Positions 23,726 through 38,369 of a DNA stretch of 63,882 nt are shown piece after piece; the first letter of the stretch is position 1, and every line of letters begins with the position of its first letter. Made by a program: the position numbers and the translations under genes. Source of the stretch: Folioceros fuciformis (lineage: Eukaryota); NCBI GenBank assembly GCA_049999805.1, contig JBNGIO010006035.1:67587-131468 (forward strand), in the 5' to 3' direction. Under the pieces are notes generated by a model that was not told the origin of the DNA, did not search any database, and saw only the letters and a list, made by a program, of their open reading frames with translations.

Positions 23726-26505
23726 TTAGGCAGGTGTAGATGAGGTGGCCGCGAAGTTCATGCATATTGGAGGATTGACCTTAACCAGAGCAAGAATGGC
23801 GGAAGGTACAGTCCAAATTCCATCTCCGCAGATGAGGCCTGACGCAACGGCGGGGGCATACGCTTCTGCTTTCTTACTGTCTCGCCGCTGCCAGATATAA
23901 AGGATGACTGAGCCAATAGCCATATCGATTGCAAAGTAAGCTCCAATGTAGAAAGGGATTGCCATCGCCATTGGAATCGGTATGTATTTGGCGTACCTCT
24001 TAGGGACAACATCCCTGAGAGTGTTGATCCATACTGCCAGGAGAAAGAATCCCAGACACAACTGCAAGCAGTGGCTCGGGAGAGCTGAAAATCCTTCTGT
24101 TCCTATAATAGCCATAGCTCTGAAAATGGTGCCATTTGGTGCCTTGTATTGTCCGTTTTGGTCACCGATGGTGAAAGCGTTCCAATACAACCAAAATGTT
24201 GCTGGCGACACAATGCATCCCATGAGAACGCCAATTATTTGAGCCACAAACATGGATCGAGGTGATGACAAAGTAAGGTAGCCAGTCTTGAAATCCTGCA
24301 TCAAATCTGCTGAAGCCCCAACAATGGTTTGCATCACAGTAGCTGTTACGAGGCCTGCAATGACGCCTCCTCCCGAACTCCCCCCCCAGGTTGCGAATAT
24401 AAATAACCCCAGTTTACCATATGTGGTAATCAGACTCCAGTCTGTTAGGCCCGTCCCGTACGAATTGCAGAATGCTAGCACCGGTGCAAACAAGTAGGCG
24501 ACCAATATGAAGTACCACTTCGCTGGCTTGTATAGTTGGGGTATAGCTGCTGTTGAGATGGCAGCCAGTGTCACATATCCAACCAACGCCAACCAGGGGG
24601 GAATTTGATCCTTATTGAATATCTCATTTCGCTTCTCTTCGTCCAGAGATAAATCCTCAATTTTGGAAGCTATATACGAATGGCAAAGAAATTCGGATTA
24701 GTCAAAACTGATGAAATTGATAATCTCCAAACTAATGAACTCCAGAGTAGGATTTCTACCTTGTGCTCCATCCAGGGGAAGGTCACTTTTTCGCTGCTTA
24801 TAATGCTTGTCAAGGGACGTGATAGTCAGTACTATGATCTTCAAAAAGTTGTAGAGGCCGTCTCCAAGAATAAGAGCAATAGCAAGGAAGATCTAACAGA
24901 CGCGACGGGTCATGAGCTTTTAGTAACTTGTATGGGGCAACGATTCCACACAGCCATATTCGTCCACGCTTACCCTGTAACCAGTGATGCCTTGAAAATC
25001 GTACGATTTAAGGCCCTCTGGATACCACTTCCCAGCCTGGTTGCCAATCAAGGGCCACAATAGGCCCCAAGATATAATAGCTCCCAGAAGCACAGAAAAG
25101 TTCACAATATGGGAACAAATCATGCCAACTCCAATAAATGAGAGGCTGAAATCAAAGTAAAACCTGATTGACAGACCCACACGTCAGAGCAGTTGATGAA
25201 CCAGAGAGTTGGATGGACAAAGATAGTCGACTTATAAGCTGATCTCACACCTGTTTTCAAAGGCCTTCAGACCCAACGAAGGGAAATTGTCAAATCCGCA
25301 GGCGTCTGCTCGACCTGAGAAGAACCACTTGAAGAAACTCCAAAAAAAGCTGATCGTGAAGTACTTCCCCAATATCTTTACTTGCTTCCTGCAGCACCAA
25401 AACGACTCCAGTTAGAATCCAGAGTTGCAGACATGTCCATGTCCTCAGTGCTCTGAATAAATATCTCATCAATACTTGGCTTGGTCGGCTCCCAGCGGAG
25501 TATGAAAGCTGTTAATCAGCACAGCGGTAGCAGTCCCACTTGGATAAGTTAGCTTGTAGTCTAAGATCATAATCTGCAGGATTTTCAACTTCTCTGTCAG
25601 CAGCTCCGCATTTTCCTTCTGTTTTTACCAGGAGCACTCCCTCATGCAACACAATAGGAAGGAGAAAGCAAAGGTTGTAGTACCCTGCGAAGTGGAACGA
25701 TTGAAAAGATACCAATAACACCGATCAGCAACATAAACAAAATAAGACGTCCAAGATGTGGATTTATGATATCTTGTTCAAGGTTTCCCTTCTGTCCAAG
25801 AAGATTTTCGTAACTCTGTCGGTCCATTGCAAGCAGCGAGTTGCTGAATCCACCTGCAGGAACAAATAACACCAACGGTGACATGTGTATGGCCTCAAAC
25901 AACAAAGAAACAATTACCGCTGACTGCACACACTGAGGAGACAATTGTGCAGGCAAAAACAGTTTGAGACGGGCTCACGGAGGGGATCAGTCTTTATTGT
26001 TCAAGTACGTAAGAATCATGGGCACGTTGGCATTGACAGCCAACTTCGTACCTGTAAAAGCCAGTCCGCAACAAGCGATAACAGTCGTTTGAATCACTGT
26101 GTTCTCCTGTCGAGTGAAGGGCCTGGTCTTCAATCCAAAATAGCTCAAGGCGCGATTCCACAAAGAGAGGAGGAAGAAACCCATGAGTCCTGCCGCTATG
26201 TTGAAAGACGGGATGATGCCCACCGTGAAGGCGAGCTTGTGCGTTATAAGAGAAAAGATAACTCCGAGTACTCCCCCCACCGCCAAGGCACGAAATGTAA
26301 TTTGCTCTTTCCATGACGGAACTTCAACACCTTCAAAAAGCTCTTCACCAGCCGGAACATGCTTGTCCCCACGATTTGCGTTGTGTCGCTGCCGAATACC
26401 GTCATGGTCGACTGTAGTGGATAAGTCTCCACCTAATCCATACTCTCTCAACCTGGTGATGCCTTCGTCCAGGCCTGACTCTCGATTCTCCTCGTGCGTT
26501 GCCAT
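23726..26505 (-). CDS. Yellow stripe-like (YSL/OPT family) metal-nicotianamine transporter, multi-exon
   Basis: Motifs [94 protein letters not shown] and PPICM. Confidence 0.95.
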
Positions 26506-28470
26506 TTCTGAGAATCAGATAACGACTAATCAGCAAACGATTCTTAAAACAACAAAGACGGAGTGCAATTCTAGAACGCGCAAGGTAACAATTTTTGGAC
26601 GAACACGCTAATCTGCGACAGGAACCTTCAGCTGCTCATATTATCGGCATGGCAACCAGCAAACCAAGTGCAATCTGAATCAAAACCTTAATCCTGAGCA
26701 CGCGCGCAGTTCTTGCACGGGCACCACATGTCGCATGACAGGGAAAGACTAGATTCTCCAGGCCTTACCAAAGCACAGTTCTCCGGTTCTTACCCTTCTG
26801 GAGAAACCTCCTCGCAGCCTCTCTTTCGTCTGAAGCAACAAGGTATTCCTCTCCTTGCGGCTATTCCATCAGGGCTTTCTGTGAAGAGGAAGAAAGACGA
26901 CTGTCACTCCAATGCGCTGGTCCGTTCTCAGGTGTTATGTCGAGCAAGAGCACCACTTGCCACAGACACAAGGACACCACAAGAGTCGGCACGCAAGAGG
27001 AGCGCTTCGACTCTCACACCAACGTCACTAAAGCTAGCTTAACACTCCAATCCACCTCAATTTTCTTCCAACGACAGAGGAAACCCGTATGCTCGAATGC
27101 CTCTCACAACCTTCCAGAAGCAACCGTTTCCTCCACACACAGCGACGAAGACAAGTACAAAAGACAAGCTCCGAGAGAAGCAAAGAGTGGGGCATCGACC
27201 AATTCTCTGACAGCGATTCGCTCACCGCTGCAGCAGTCTCCTCAAGCGCACAACGTAGTTCGAGCAAGAACAGGTTGGTAGCGAAGATGGAATTGTCATC
27301 AGGCCACTCTCGGGTGCGTGAAGACACTACACTACTCTCTTTTGGTCCGTCCAAGAGCTCTGACAACGCCACCAATTCGGACCCGTTGGACCTGGTTCCA
27401 CTGAAGCAGACATTGTACTGTATATTATCTACTTACCTACCTACCGAGGGATACTGCCTCATCTCTTCTGTCTTGCTCGCTCAAAAGATAAATACTGTAC
27501 AGTTAAACAAATTGAGTTACGGACCCGGTGGCTGGACGGAGCCGCTCCAAGGTCGGATTTCCCACATGGAGACTGCGGCGGCCGCCAGTTGTTTGTTCGC
27601 AGTGTGCTTGCACAGCGACCAATGTGGACACGCATTGACCGAATAATTCCCCGGACGGCAGCGCAGCCACAGAGACACCTCACTCGGATGCGTCCACCAG
27701 TCATAGATGTGTCATAAATATTACACAAAAAGTTATTATGAATAACGAGGACAGAAGGCAAGCCACGAGGCAGATTGGCTAATTACAAGGAAAACACGTG
27801 ACTTGACATGACTTCGGGTATTTTCTCCTTTACAGAGATTCCACTATGCTAGTCGTTCTCCTGTTCATCAACTGCAGCTACGTACATGGAAAAATTGCAG
27901 TTGTGACTGGTGAAAATTTCCTTTTGTGATGCAGCATGCTACAGAAAACAGAAAACGGATATAAAAACCACGCACAGTAACTACATTCACCAAAAGATAG
28001 CTGAGGACTGACGTACAAGAGGTAGGCATCTCTGCTTTCCCGTTGAAGACTGACGTACATTAAGGACGCAACTGTGCTTTCCCCATTGCTGGTTTCGGCG
28101 GCCCTTTAACGACGTCTTTATTACTCCCACGGTTCGCAGCAAGATGGGAACTGCAGGCAGACGCCAATGTCAGATCGCTGGAGGGCTGACAATAGCTGAC
28201 TCCAGTTGCAAAGACCAGTACAGGAGGAGTAGGCTGGACAAGGGGATCATACCTGAATCAAATCTGGCCACCAGAGTAGCAGACAGAGACAACATCTGGG
28301 GTGCAAGTGCGGATCCCGCTTACGTTTGTGCTCAAATGTTGAGACATTGGGCTTAGGAGGCAAACAGTGCAATCACGTCCATATTTGCTTCCCAATAATT
28401 GCGCCCGATATCTAATACAGTCCTAAATAGTGTGGACATTGTAATTATGATCACAACATACCATACCACT

Positions 28471-32247
<3,777 letters not shown>

Positions 32248-32579
32248 CGTTGTTGTTCCAGACGAACAACAGCTGATGAGGAACAACCCGGGACGTGAAA
32301 CGGCCTCGAAGAGATCGGGCGGGGCTATCGAAATGAGGACGATGCAGGGACTACAAACTCATGTTTTTTATTGGAATACATATTATATATGCGAATATTC
32401 GTGACATCAAAAGAATATTCTTCTACTCTACCTCGTTACGTATAACAAATTCCTATTTCTATACCTCTAACCTCTTTATGGACCTAAAAAGAACATATAT
32501 ATATAGGGCAGCTGTGCCGCAGATGTGCCACCATTCCCTTTGTACAGCACAATGCCGAGGCTATGGGTGTAATACCTGC

Positions 32580-33330
32580 AGCGGGCTTCACATTGTCCCT
32601 AATTGGCTTCACATTGCCCCTTGCCCCCTTCCGTTGCAGTCTCTACCATGCAACAATACTAATGGGCTTCATATTGTCCCCTGCCCCTTCATATTGTCCC
32701 CTGCCCCTCTCGTTGCAGTCTCTGCCATCCTTTGCTTAGGGTTTTGTAGTCCCCTTGGCATCGCCACTACCTTCTCCCGGGTGCCCGCACCCCTGCTCAC
32801 TTGGCCTACACCACCTTCCTTTTCTAGACCCGGGTGCGGGCACCCTGCTCACTTGGCCTACACCACCTTCTCCTTTTCTGGACCCGGGTGCCCACACCCC
32901 TACTCACTTGGCCTACACCACAGGTTTCGTAGTCCGGTTTCGCACGTCACTGCCTTCTCCCTTTTCTAGCTTCTCCCTTTTCTGGACCCGGGTGGACGCA
33001 CCCGTATTCACTTGGCCTACACCCCTCCCATTGGAGTCTCTGCCATCCTCTTTGCTTCAGGGTTTTGTAGTCCCCTTCGCACGCACCCGTACTCACTTGG
33101 CCTACACCACACAGGCCCGCTCCCTACTCACTTGGCCTGTACCAATCAGGCCCGCGCACCTGCTCCCTTGGCCTACAACAAAGTCGCCCGCTCCTGCTCC
33201 CTTGGCCTACAACAAAGTCGCCCGCTCCTGCTCCCTTGGCCTACAACAAAGTCGCCCGCTCGCCCGGCTCCTTGCCCTGCACCCTCCCGAGCACTCACAC
33301 TTGGCCATATTGCACACCACCCTAACTAAC
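32580..33330. mobile_element. Repeat-rich non-coding element, probable non-autonomous TE remnant
   Basis: The motif cacttggcctacac recurs about 7 times in degenerate form, and a 34-bp unit is present in three perfect tandem copies (33159-33260). No protein homology or clear termini were seen. Confidence 0.55.
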
Positions 33331-33967
33331 TAAAAAAAGAATGAGTATGATTGAAGCGGTTTCTGTTCTATGATCGAAGCACGCACCCTATGATCACATG
33401 TCTAAACTATTTGCACCGTATACCACCGCCCTAAAATTAAATTTTTGTGAAAGAACCTTATCCTTATCTATATAGGGTGAACTTATGCATATAGAAAAAC
33501 CAGGTGTTCTTAAACACAGAAAATTAACCTTTCTTTAGCTAAAGAAAAACATAACATCTCTCAAAGCATGGTGCAGAGGAATCCATTATCTCTAATCGGC
33601 AAGATTAGTGTGAGAATTATCTAATCACGCCCGCAGAGACCAGGCCAAAGGTTGGACTTATAATTTTTGGATAAATTTTATTGATCAAAACTTATTTATT
33701 TATTTTAATCGGGACACCTCCTAGATGGCACCATAGAGGGAACTTCCTTTAGATCCCATTACGGAGGGTTGACTGTACATACTGTACACAGGCCGCCTAA
33801 AAACCGTTGGTTTAGTCGACCCGGTTACATGAGCTGTGTTTTGATCAAACCAAAGCCCTAACTAAACCCCCCCGGAGTGGAGGCAAGACGGGTTGGCGTC
33901 CACGATTTGGATTCTGCATTTGGTGCATCGAGGTGTAGCGGGTTGGAATCCGATTCGAGCCGGCGCC

Positions 33968-36148
33968 ATGGTGGCCGCGATGCCTGACGTGCAGGCGCAG
34001 GTGGAGGAGTTCGTGACAAAGCTGAAGCGCAGGTACTTTTTTGTTGCTGTGTGCAGGCAGCTGCAGCAGGATGAGGGATGATTGTTTGCGTTGCAGTGGA
34101 ATTTGGTGTTGCCTGCTCTCCATTGATGGCGTGTGTCTGCTGTGAAGAGATCAGGCAAGTGGAAGGAGCTCTGGACACGGCACGGTATGCGGGCACGCTG
34201 CTCCGGCAGGTGATCTCTCAGCACCGCATTCCGGCCTCGGCGGATGCTTCCTCGCTGATAGAGGCGGTGAAGGCGGTTGGGCTCCGGATGATGGCAGCCA
34301 ACCCTATCGGTAGGTGAGCAATTTGGTGTTGGAGTCGGTTGTGGTTTGGGGGCGTCCGTCGTGGTGAAGGGGTGAAGGGGTATTGCAGAGTTGGCGGTCG
34401 GGAACGTGGTCCGCCGCATTCTTCACATTATTCGGGAGGAGGATGCATCCCTGGCAGCCAGTTCTCTCGTGGGGACAGGGCTGTCCGGGGGCAGTGAGGA
34501 TGAGAAGGAAGAGGAGGGGAATCGTCACGAGTATTCTGCCTCTGCGCTCGCTGCTGCTAATCGGACTGCGTTGAGGGCACCGTCTTTGCATAACCTGTTG
34601 GAATCTGTGCCGTCGCCGGTGAAGGCCCAGGCTGTGACCACCGCGAGCTCCGACAGTGATGTCAAAAGCCGAAGTAAGGTCATTGTTCATGGCAGTCGTA
34701 AGCTTTTTCACTTCCTGGAGTAGCGCAAATTGGTGCATTGCACGGGTTGGTCACGTGGGCCTGGTGGTTGGGTTGTGCAGCTGGCGACAGGAACTCACGG
34801 AGCTGGAAGCTGAAGCATAATGTTATCGAGGTCATCAACGAATTGCTGAGTGACATCGACAGTTTTCATTCACAGGTGGCTGACCAAGCCCTCGAGCACA
34901 TTCATCAAAAGTAAGAGTCTCTTGCCTGTTGAAGCACACTTGATCCCGTGCGGGAGCTGGTCTCCACTCCTCGGGCTAGAACAGTAAGCCTTTGTTCTGT
35001 AGGCTGTCTTCATCACTATTGCATAGGGCCATTTAGGTGTTGGTATTTCTGCAGATGTCGGCACATTTTTCTTGTCCAGCAATCATGGAATGTCCAGTGT
35101 GAAAGTGTTTATAACCCTGGTTTCGTTTCGTTCAGTGAGGTGATTTTAACTTTGGGAAGGTCCCGCACATTGCTCCACTTTCTACTGGAAGCAAGGAAGA
35201 AAAGGTCGTTTCAAGTGGTCATTGCGGAAGGTGCGCCAAGGTAGTTGTGCAAGCGATTGTCAAGTTGTTCAAATTTTCTTCCACGGTGGCTGGTTGGTTG
35301 GCATCAGTTTGGTTGCTGGAGATTGTGATCTCTGATGTATGTTTGCCTCGCACAGGTATCAAGGGCATACTTTGGCAAAGGAGTTGGCAGCTGTGGGTCT
35401 GCAAACCACGCTCATCACTGACTCTGCAGTGTTTGCTATGATGGCTCGTGTCAATATGGTATGCCTTTACGTTGGCCCAGGATATATCCCTTGTGGGTGA
35501 GGACAACTGCTTATTCCTGACTGGCTCGATGGTGGGCCATAGGTTATTGTAGGAGCTCATGCAGTGATGGCGAATGGAGGGGTCCTGGCGCCGGTTGGTT
35601 TAAATATGGTTGCTCTAGCAGCTCGTCGGCACGCCGTTCCATTTGTTGTGCTTGCTGGAGTTCACAAGGTTTGTTACAACCTCTCCATGACACCATGATT
35701 CAGATGACAAATCAATTAACATAATGATTCTGATTGCCTTTGGTATGCAGCTGTGTCCGTTATACCCCCACAACCCCTATACAACTTTGAACGACTTCAA
35801 GTCTCCAGCCGAAGTGCTGGACTTTGGTGACTTCTCTCATTCTTTAGATGGAGCAACAGGAGCTTCCGAAATACACGTTGTGAATTCAGCATTCGACTAC
35901 ATCCCTCCTGACCTAGTCAGCCTATTTATCACGGACACGTACGATTCTCGTCCCTGCCATGCCGTCTTGGTCACTCGTTGGTCCGTTGTCTGTATGTTTG
36001 CGGTAAATCCCCTCGGTTTCCATGTCGTGTTGGTGTATGTCTACTGACCTGTACTCCTATGTTTTGTTTCAGAGGAGGGCACAATCCCTCGTACGTCTAT
36101 CGGCTGATCGCTGAATACTACAGCCCTGAAGATTTTGTACTGCAATGA
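33968..36148 (+). CDS. Translation initiation factor eIF2B beta subunit, multi-exon
   Basis: MPDVQAQVEEFVTKLKRR, ELAVGNVVRRILHIIREE, QALEHIHQ/EVILTLG, GAHAVMANGG, FDYIPPDLVSLFITD/GGHNPSYVYRLIAEYYSPEDF. The start is ATG 33968 or 33980. Confidence 0.93.
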
Positions 36149-37211
36149 CAGCGTCCTTTTCTTCGAAGGGAACTGCACCCTTCCCATCGGTTCTCCCTAA
36201 CTTAAGTAGGATGTGTGGACACAGTTCGGGTGCGAAAGGAGGGAGACAGCTAGAGACCTGTCAAGCAACACTCATCCGCTGCATTGGTAGCACACCGAGA
36301 GGTACACTTGTGCGACCGTGAGTGAAGAGTTCGGAGGAGTGTAGTGAGGAAGAAGGTAGGGCTTCCCGTTGCTTAAGGGTTTTCCGCCCTACATGTATCC
36401 ACGGTCCCTCTCACGAGCTGCTGCAAGAGAGTGTGTACGGTCAGCGTGTTGGTCTTCTCGTGGGACCAATTACAGTTTTTAGAATCTCGCGCAGAACACT
36501 TATGTAAAACTATTTAGTTGTTGGTTGAGCCCCCCACCAGTGAGCGGCCAATAATACAGGTTTCTCGCTGTCTCGATCTGTATGTGATCTCGAACCTGGA
36601 CTGTATCGTAGGCATGAATTGCGCTGCCATCAAAGTCCGAGCCTCGTTGGTTTTGCTGGAGGTCGCTTCCCAATCTTCTCTGCTTTCATCCACTGACGTG
36701 ATTGCCGTGGAGGAGACCCTGAGCGGCTCTTGGCATGGAGCTTAACCCTAATTTGTCTTTCGGAATCCCGTGCTGTGTTTGACGGTTCCTGCCACCCCTT
36801 GGACAGGAGGCTCCGGCAGAATGTCACGCAGAAGTGCTCTTCTGTATCGGATCATGCAGTGTGCAGCTCGGTTTCCTTGTAGGTATGCCTGCACGGGATT
36901 CTCCAATTCCGCTCGGTGTCTGTTCGTCACGTATGATTCTGATGGCAGATGCAGTATACTTTATCACTGATGGCCCCTGGTCGTGATGTCCAGCCCTGGA
37001 TTTCAAGAATGTCGTGAGGAATTGAGCAAAAGCCTCCAGTTTGTCAGGACAGAGGTCGGTTGTTGTTTTCCCATTTCTTCTGGAGGAGGCTTGTTGCTTC
37101 ATGAGTTGGATGTGTTCTAGCACAGATTGGCAAGGAGGCTAACAGCCTATTGTTATGATGGCAATCTAGCTCGAAGGTTTGTAAGCGGAGGAGAACTCAT
37201 GTAATCTGTTG

Positions 37212-37940
37212 ATGCCATCTCAGGGTACTCTATCGTCGTTCGGGGCATGGAACGGAGGTCTCGCTGGAGGGAAGGTTGGCGTCGAGTCTAAGGCAGCTTT
37301 ACTTCCTTACGGTTCATACCCGTCACAAATGATGCCGGTTTTGTGTGATAGAGCTGCACTGGTGGTTGAGGGGCACGTGAATGGTGATGTTGAACGCAAG
37401 GCAGATTGGATTGGTAACATGGTCGTCAAACCTGAGTACGTTCGCAGTGCCTCTTTGCCTGCTACTCTGCACCAGTGGCCAACATCTGCATGGAGGATGG
37501 GGTCCGATACTCAAGTGCGTACAGCTGGAATTGCCTGGGGCTTTAGGAGCTCTGTAGCTTTGTCAAACAGGATCATAGGAGCATCTGTTTCGGATGCGAA
37601 CCACGTCAAATCGCAGACAAGATCCTTGGCTTATGGCAAAATGGCGAACAGGAGCATCCGTGATCAAAACAAGAGGCGGCTTGTTGAGAAATATGAGATG
37701 AAGAGAGCCCATTACAAGGCAGTGTTCCATGATAGGTCTCTCCCTAGTCAAGTCCGCTATGACTTTTTCCAGAGGTTGTCCAAGCTCCCCAGAAGTAGCT
37801 CCAAGACCCGACTGAAGAACCGGTGCGTCTTCACAGGGCGTTCTCATTCAGTGTTCAGAAAGTTTGGCATTTCTCGAATAGTGTTTAGGGAACTTGCTCG
37901 CAGAGGTGAGTTAACTGGCGTGGGCAAGGCCAGTTGGTAG
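37212..37940 (+). CDS. rps14: Nuclear-encoded mitochondrial-type ribosomal protein S14 with in-frame N-terminal extension
   Basis: The S14 core starts at 37641: [56 protein letters not shown] 143-codon open frame lies upstream; the true start is uncertain. Confidence 0.88.
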   Translation: MPSQGTLSSFGAWNGGLAGGKVGVESKAALLPYGSYPSQMMPVLCDRAALVVEGHVNGDVERKADWIGNMVVKPEYVRSASLPATLHQWPTSAWRMGSDTQVRTAGIAWGFRSSVALSNRIIGASVSDANHVKSQTRSLAYGKMANRSIRDQNKRRLVEKYEMKRAHYKAVFHDRSLPSQVRYDFFQRLSKLPRSSSKTRLKNRCVFTGRSHSVFRKFGISRIVFRELARRGELTGVGKASW

Positions 37941-38369
37941 GAGCCGGGACTTCGATTTTGTTGCTCCTTCCAGCCTCTAGTATTTAGAGAAAATGTCACC
38001 AATTTTGCGCCATGCTTCCTCCATTTTGGATGGCGCCTTTACATCTGCTTTCCCAGCTATCTGTGACTGATCCGATTTCAATCGAGGAGCTGACCATGCC
38101 ATTGTCAAGCATCGTTCACCCTGTTTGCGTGAGCTCTCCAACTCGCAGCTACTACTATCTTGCTTTGACACACTTCCAGCATGTCGGGAAAGACGGTACA
38201 TACACTACAAGCTGATGCTAGACATCTCACAACCTCAGCAACAGTTCTGATAACTACAGCCAAGCAGATAACAGAAGCATACTGATATAGACTGAACAAA
38301 CTAGCACCTCTAAGGAAAAATGGTTTTCTCCCAATAGCTGCCCCGTCTTGTCTGGCTCCCTTCATGAAG

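Noticed and set aside
26700-28400. ORFs upstream of YSL
   Set aside because: No homology was recognised; this is probably UTR or intergenic sequence.
32760-33320. CRISPR-like repeat/spacer appearance
   Set aside because: The repeats are short and degenerate, the spacers are related to each other and irregular, there are no cas genes, and the context is eukaryotic.
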